Source: a virus (lineage: Duplodnaviria; Caudoviricetes). From it: 64,000 nt of DNA. Location of the stretch: positions 8,688-72,687 of the IMG/VR virus record IMGVR_UViG_3300021326_000217; one strand, given 5' to 3'. The position numbers were made by a program, and so were the translations under genes. How positions within the stretch are numbered: the stretch's first letter is position 1; every line of letters starts with the position of its first letter. Positions 61,143-64,000 of this stretch are shown piece after piece. The notes under the pieces were generated by a model, which was given only the letters and a program-made list of their open reading frames with translations, had not been told where the DNA came from and searched no databases.

Positions 61143-62707
61143 TAACAGTAATTCCACAAACACTTAACCCACTAACAAGAACATCGCTCATGAATCCAAA
61201 ACAACGAAGAACAGCGGCTTACGCTCGTGTATCAACCGACAGCGAAGAACAGCTTACAAGCTACGAAGCCCAGGTTGATTATTACACGAAAATGATAAAT
61301 AACAAACCTGAATGGAGTTTTGTAAAGGTTTATACGGATGAAGGTATATCAGGCTTGAACACAAAAAATAGAGAGGGATTTAATCAAATGATAAACGATG
61401 CCTTAAATGGCAAGATTGATCTCATCATCACTAAATCTGTCAGCCGATTTGCAAGAAACACTGTTGACAGCCTTACGACCATACGCAAACTGAAAGATAA
61501 AGGAATTGAGGTTTATTTTGAAAAAGAAAACATTTATACCCTGGATAGCAAGGGTGAACTGTTTATAACCATAATGTCCTCGCTTGCCCAAGAAGAGAGT
61601 AGAAGCATATCAGAAAACGTTACCTGGGGACATAGAAAACGGTTTTCAGATGGAAAACTAACCCTCCCGTATGGTAAGTTTCTCGGCTACGAAAAAGGCA
61701 ATGACGGCTTTCCAAAGATAGTAGAAAGCGAAGCGAAAATTGTCCGAAAAATTTACAGTATGTTTATAGACGGGAAAACGCCTGGTGCAATAGCAAGGGA
61801 GTTGACTAACGAGGGCATTCCTTCACCTGCAGAGGGAAAAAGATGGCATCAAACCACCATAAGGAGCATACTTACAAATGAAAAATATAAAGGCTCTGCA
61901 TTACTGCAAAAGAGTTTTACAGTAAATTTTCTGACTAAAAAGAAAAAGAAAAATGAAGGTGAAGTACCACAATACTACATTGATAAAAGCCATGAGGCAA
62001 TAATCGAGCCTGCCGAATTTGAACTGGTACAACAGGAAATGAAGCGGCGTGAGAAAATCGGCAAACGATATAGCGGCAACTCTGTTTTCTCAAGCCGCCT
62101 GATATGTGCTGATTGCGGAGGTTTTCTCGGCTCTAAAGTATGGCAATCAAATACAAAGTACAGAAAAACAGTATGGCAATGTAACAACAAATTTAAAAAC
62201 GAACATAAATGTGAAACTCCTCATCTGACAGAAAACGAAATAAAGGAAAGGTTTATGTCAGCGGTTTCCATTCTGTTTGACAACCGAGAACAACTCATTG
62301 ATGATTGCCGATTGATGCAGGAAGCTCTAACCGACACAACATCCATTGATCAGGAAATAGAAAAGCTAAACATGGAAATCGAAATCTTAAACGGGCTTAT
62401 AAGAAAAAGCATCGAGGAAAATGCGATGAAGCCTCTCAACCAAGATGAATACAATCAGAAATACAACACTTATAACGAGCGATACCAAAAATTAAATTCA
62501 AGGATAAATGCTTTGAATGATACGAAAAAGAAACGGCAAATGAAACAAGCCGCAATTGGGGCATTCATGTTTGAGGTCATGGAGCTACCAGAGCCTCCGT
62601 CAGCTTTTGACAACAAATTATGGATTGCATCGATTGACTATGCTACCGTCTACAAAGACGGACGGATTGTTTTCAAATTTATCAATGGTGCGGAAATTGA
62701 AGCGTAG
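61130..62707 (+). CDS. Large serine recombinase B (with Zn-ribbon and coiled coil)
   Basis: RTAAYARVST, YTDEGISG, TKSVSRFAR, AQEESRS, CADCG...C...C. Confidence 0.93.
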   Translation: MQRVVTVIPQTLNPLTRTSLMNPKQRRTAAYARVSTDSEEQLTSYEAQVDYYTKMINNKPEWSFVKVYTDEGISGLNTKNREGFNQMINDALNGKIDLIITKSVSRFARNTVDSLTTIRKLKDKGIEVYFEKENIYTLDSKGELFITIMSSLAQEESRSISENVTWGHRKRFSDGKLTLPYGKFLGYEKGNDGFPKIVESEAKIVRKIYSMFIDGKTPGAIARELTNEGIPSPAEGKRWHQTTIRSILTNEKYKGSALLQKSFTVNFLTKKKKKNEGEVPQYYIDKSHEAIIEPAEFELVQQEMKRREKIGKRYSGNSVFSSRLICADCGGFLGSKVWQSNTKYRKTVWQCNNKFKNEHKCETPHLTENEIKERFMSAVSILFDNREQLIDDCRLMQEALTDTTSIDQEIEKLNMEIEILNGLIRKSIEENAMKPLNQDEYNQKYNTYNERYQKLNSRINALNDTKKKRQMKQAAIGAFMFEVMELPEPPSAFDNKLWIASIDYATVYKDGRIVFKFINGAEIEA

Positions 62708-63325
62708 GTGGTGTTTGAAATGAATGAAAAAATCTATCATATTGAGCTTGATGACTGTGCGACCCCTGCTTTTGTTACTTTCGGAAAAGATTATTATTGC
62801 ACAATGAATGATGTTGAAGAGTTTATAAGCAAGTTTAAGCCAGGCGAAAGGCAAGAGTTAGTCGAGGCGTTTAGAGAATATAAACAAGGCAATTCTGATG
62901 TTGAAATTCCTGTCGGGTTTTGGAAAAGCAAGATGCTCGAAGAAGTCAAGGTCTATGGCAAAAAACAGATTTCTTACGGCGAGTACGAATGGGAGCATAT
63001 AAACATATGGGGCTTCCCATATTATATGAAATGTGATGCCCTGCAGTCATTGCATTATTGGATAAAAGACGGCGAAAAATTATGTAGAATTATAAAAGTA
63101 AAATTTACCAATCTCCAGTACAAAAGCACTATCGGTGAATATATGGAGATTGGAATGATATGGGGATTTCCTCACATTATTGAATTTGGCACGTATAACA
63201 CGCTTATGGAAGTAGAAAAAAGATTTGAAACAGTGAATGAACTGAAAGAGAATATGCGCTCATTTAATTCCGTATCCGATATGGATTTTACTTCTTTCTG
63301 CAACGACATCTTTGCCGATGGTTAA
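62708..63325 (+). CDS. Hypothetical protein, probably outside the prophage or terminal cargo
   Basis: ORF track; start may be ATG 62720. Confidence 0.65.
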   Translation: MVFEMNEKIYHIELDDCATPAFVTFGKDYYCTMNDVEEFISKFKPGERQELVEAFREYKQGNSDVEIPVGFWKSKMLEEVKVYGKKQISYGEYEWEHINIWGFPYYMKCDALQSLHYWIKDGEKLCRIIKVKFTNLQYKSTIGEYMEIGMIWGFPHIIEFGTYNTLMEVEKRFETVNELKENMRSFNSVSDMDFTSFCNDIFADG

Positions 63326-63351
63326 AATCAAGAATAACAAACAGCACAAAG

Positions 63352-63386
63352 AGCCGTGAAGCCGATTATGCAGTTTCACGGTTTTT
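63352..63386 (+). terminator. Hairpin with T-run after the hypothetical gene
   Basis: GCCGTGAA...TTCACGGT followed by TTTT. Confidence 0.5.
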
Positions 63387-63454
63387 CAAATTCTTATTGA
63401 AATATCGAGGTTTTTGATGTATAATTTAATAAATTAAAAGTACAAATAATAATA

Positions 63455-64000
63455 GTGATGAGGCGCAGAATGAGTATAAAACTGAAACCATTATTGCCTG
63501 AAGACCACGACAAGTTTATTCGAGACAATCAAGAGGCATTTAATTACGGAGCTTTACAAGAATTCGGTTTAAGGGATGACCATTTTGAAGAAAACGGTGA
63601 AATAATATCAAAAGAAACAATAGAAAATGCTATTCATGACGGCGAAGCATACCGTATTATATGTGATAATGAAAACATCGGCGGTATGGTAGTTAAGATA
63701 GACGGCGAGCGTGGAAATCTTGATTTATTGTTTGTTTCCCCGTCTGCACACAGCAAGGGCATAGGTTATAAGGCGTGGTGCGAAATGGAAAAGCTCCACC
63801 CCGAAGTAAAAGTTTGGGAAACTGTAACACCGTATTTTGAAAAGCGGAATATCCATTTTTATGTCAATCGCTGTGGCTTTCACATTGTAGAGTTTTTTAA
63901 CAGCCATCACCCCGATCCGAATGAAACCGATACGGACAACGGCGAATTAAACGATCAGTTCCCCGATGGTATGTTCCGCTTTGAAAAAATAATGAAATAG
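63455..64000 (+). CDS. GNAT-family N-acetyltransferase
   Basis: LDLLFVSPSAHSKGIG (motif A) and NIHFYVNRCGF; ends with TAG at the window edge. Confidence 0.88.
   Translation: MMRRRMSIKLKPLLPEDHDKFIRDNQEAFNYGALQEFGLRDDHFEENGEIISKETIENAIHDGEAYRIICDNENIGGMVVKIDGERGNLDLLFVSPSAHSKGIGYKAWCEMEKLHPEVKVWETVTPYFEKRNIHFYVNRCGFHIVEFFNSHHPDPNETDTDNGELNDQFPDGMFRFEKIMK

Larger units (their letters stand above)
1..62707. mobile_element. Temperate phage / prophage (HK97-type head, contractile Xkd-type tail, probable cos packaging, serine-recombinase integration); left boundary lies outside the window, right boundary approximate
   Basis: Complete ordered set of repressor, replication, packaging, head, tail, lysis and recombinase modules; att sites not identified. 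Confidence 0.93.

Noticed and set aside
63345-63386. Similarity of the GAGCCGTG...TCACGGTT hairpin to the one at about 1994-2015 as a terminal repeat
   Set aside because: The match is limited to short stem arms with different loops; more simply explained as independent hairpins
62700-63460. attR site at the right prophage end
   Set aside because: No matching direct repeat is visible within the window; attL is probably beyond the left edge, so the boundary cannot be supported
1-64000. tRNA, rRNA, tmRNA or named riboswitch/ribozyme genes
   Set aside because: No cloverleaf or recognisable conserved cores found by eye; intergenic spaces are short and explained by promoters and terminators; a covariance-model scan was not possible

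Overview
Almost the whole window is one temperate phage (prophage) with Firmicutes/Clostridia-type sigmaA promoters and SD sequences. Left to right it carries: an XRE repressor with a divergent dinB-led early operon; a self-contained replication module (exonuclease, SSB, family-A DNA polymerase, VapE-type primase/helicase, VRR-NUC, SNF2); an ArpU-like late activator; HNH/cos/TerS; a short SAM synthetase and a DNA methyltransferase; an array of eight promoter-gene-hairpin cassettes (15.4-21.6 kb); TerL, a reverse-strand three-gene insert, an HK97-type head, a PBSX/Xkd-type contractile tail, receptor-binding proteins, holin and amidase; an AT-richer cargo block (47.2-59.2 kb); and a two-serine-recombinase integration module, probably followed by flanking genes. 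The two strongest candidates for undescribed systems are (1) the cassette array, where each unit has a fixed-geometry TACACAA-N16-TTGTGTA site upstream of a TTGATA-N17-TAATAT promoter and most units end in a hairpin/terminator module, and (2) the reverse operon at 47.4-52.9 kb, which combines a catalytically dead resolvase homologue, a large serine recombinase, three copies of one uncharacterised ~130-aa domain and two ParB-fold proteins. No CRISPR array, tRNA, rRNA or reverse transcriptase was seen. Family names come from motif recognition by eye, not database searches, and attL/attR could not be located.
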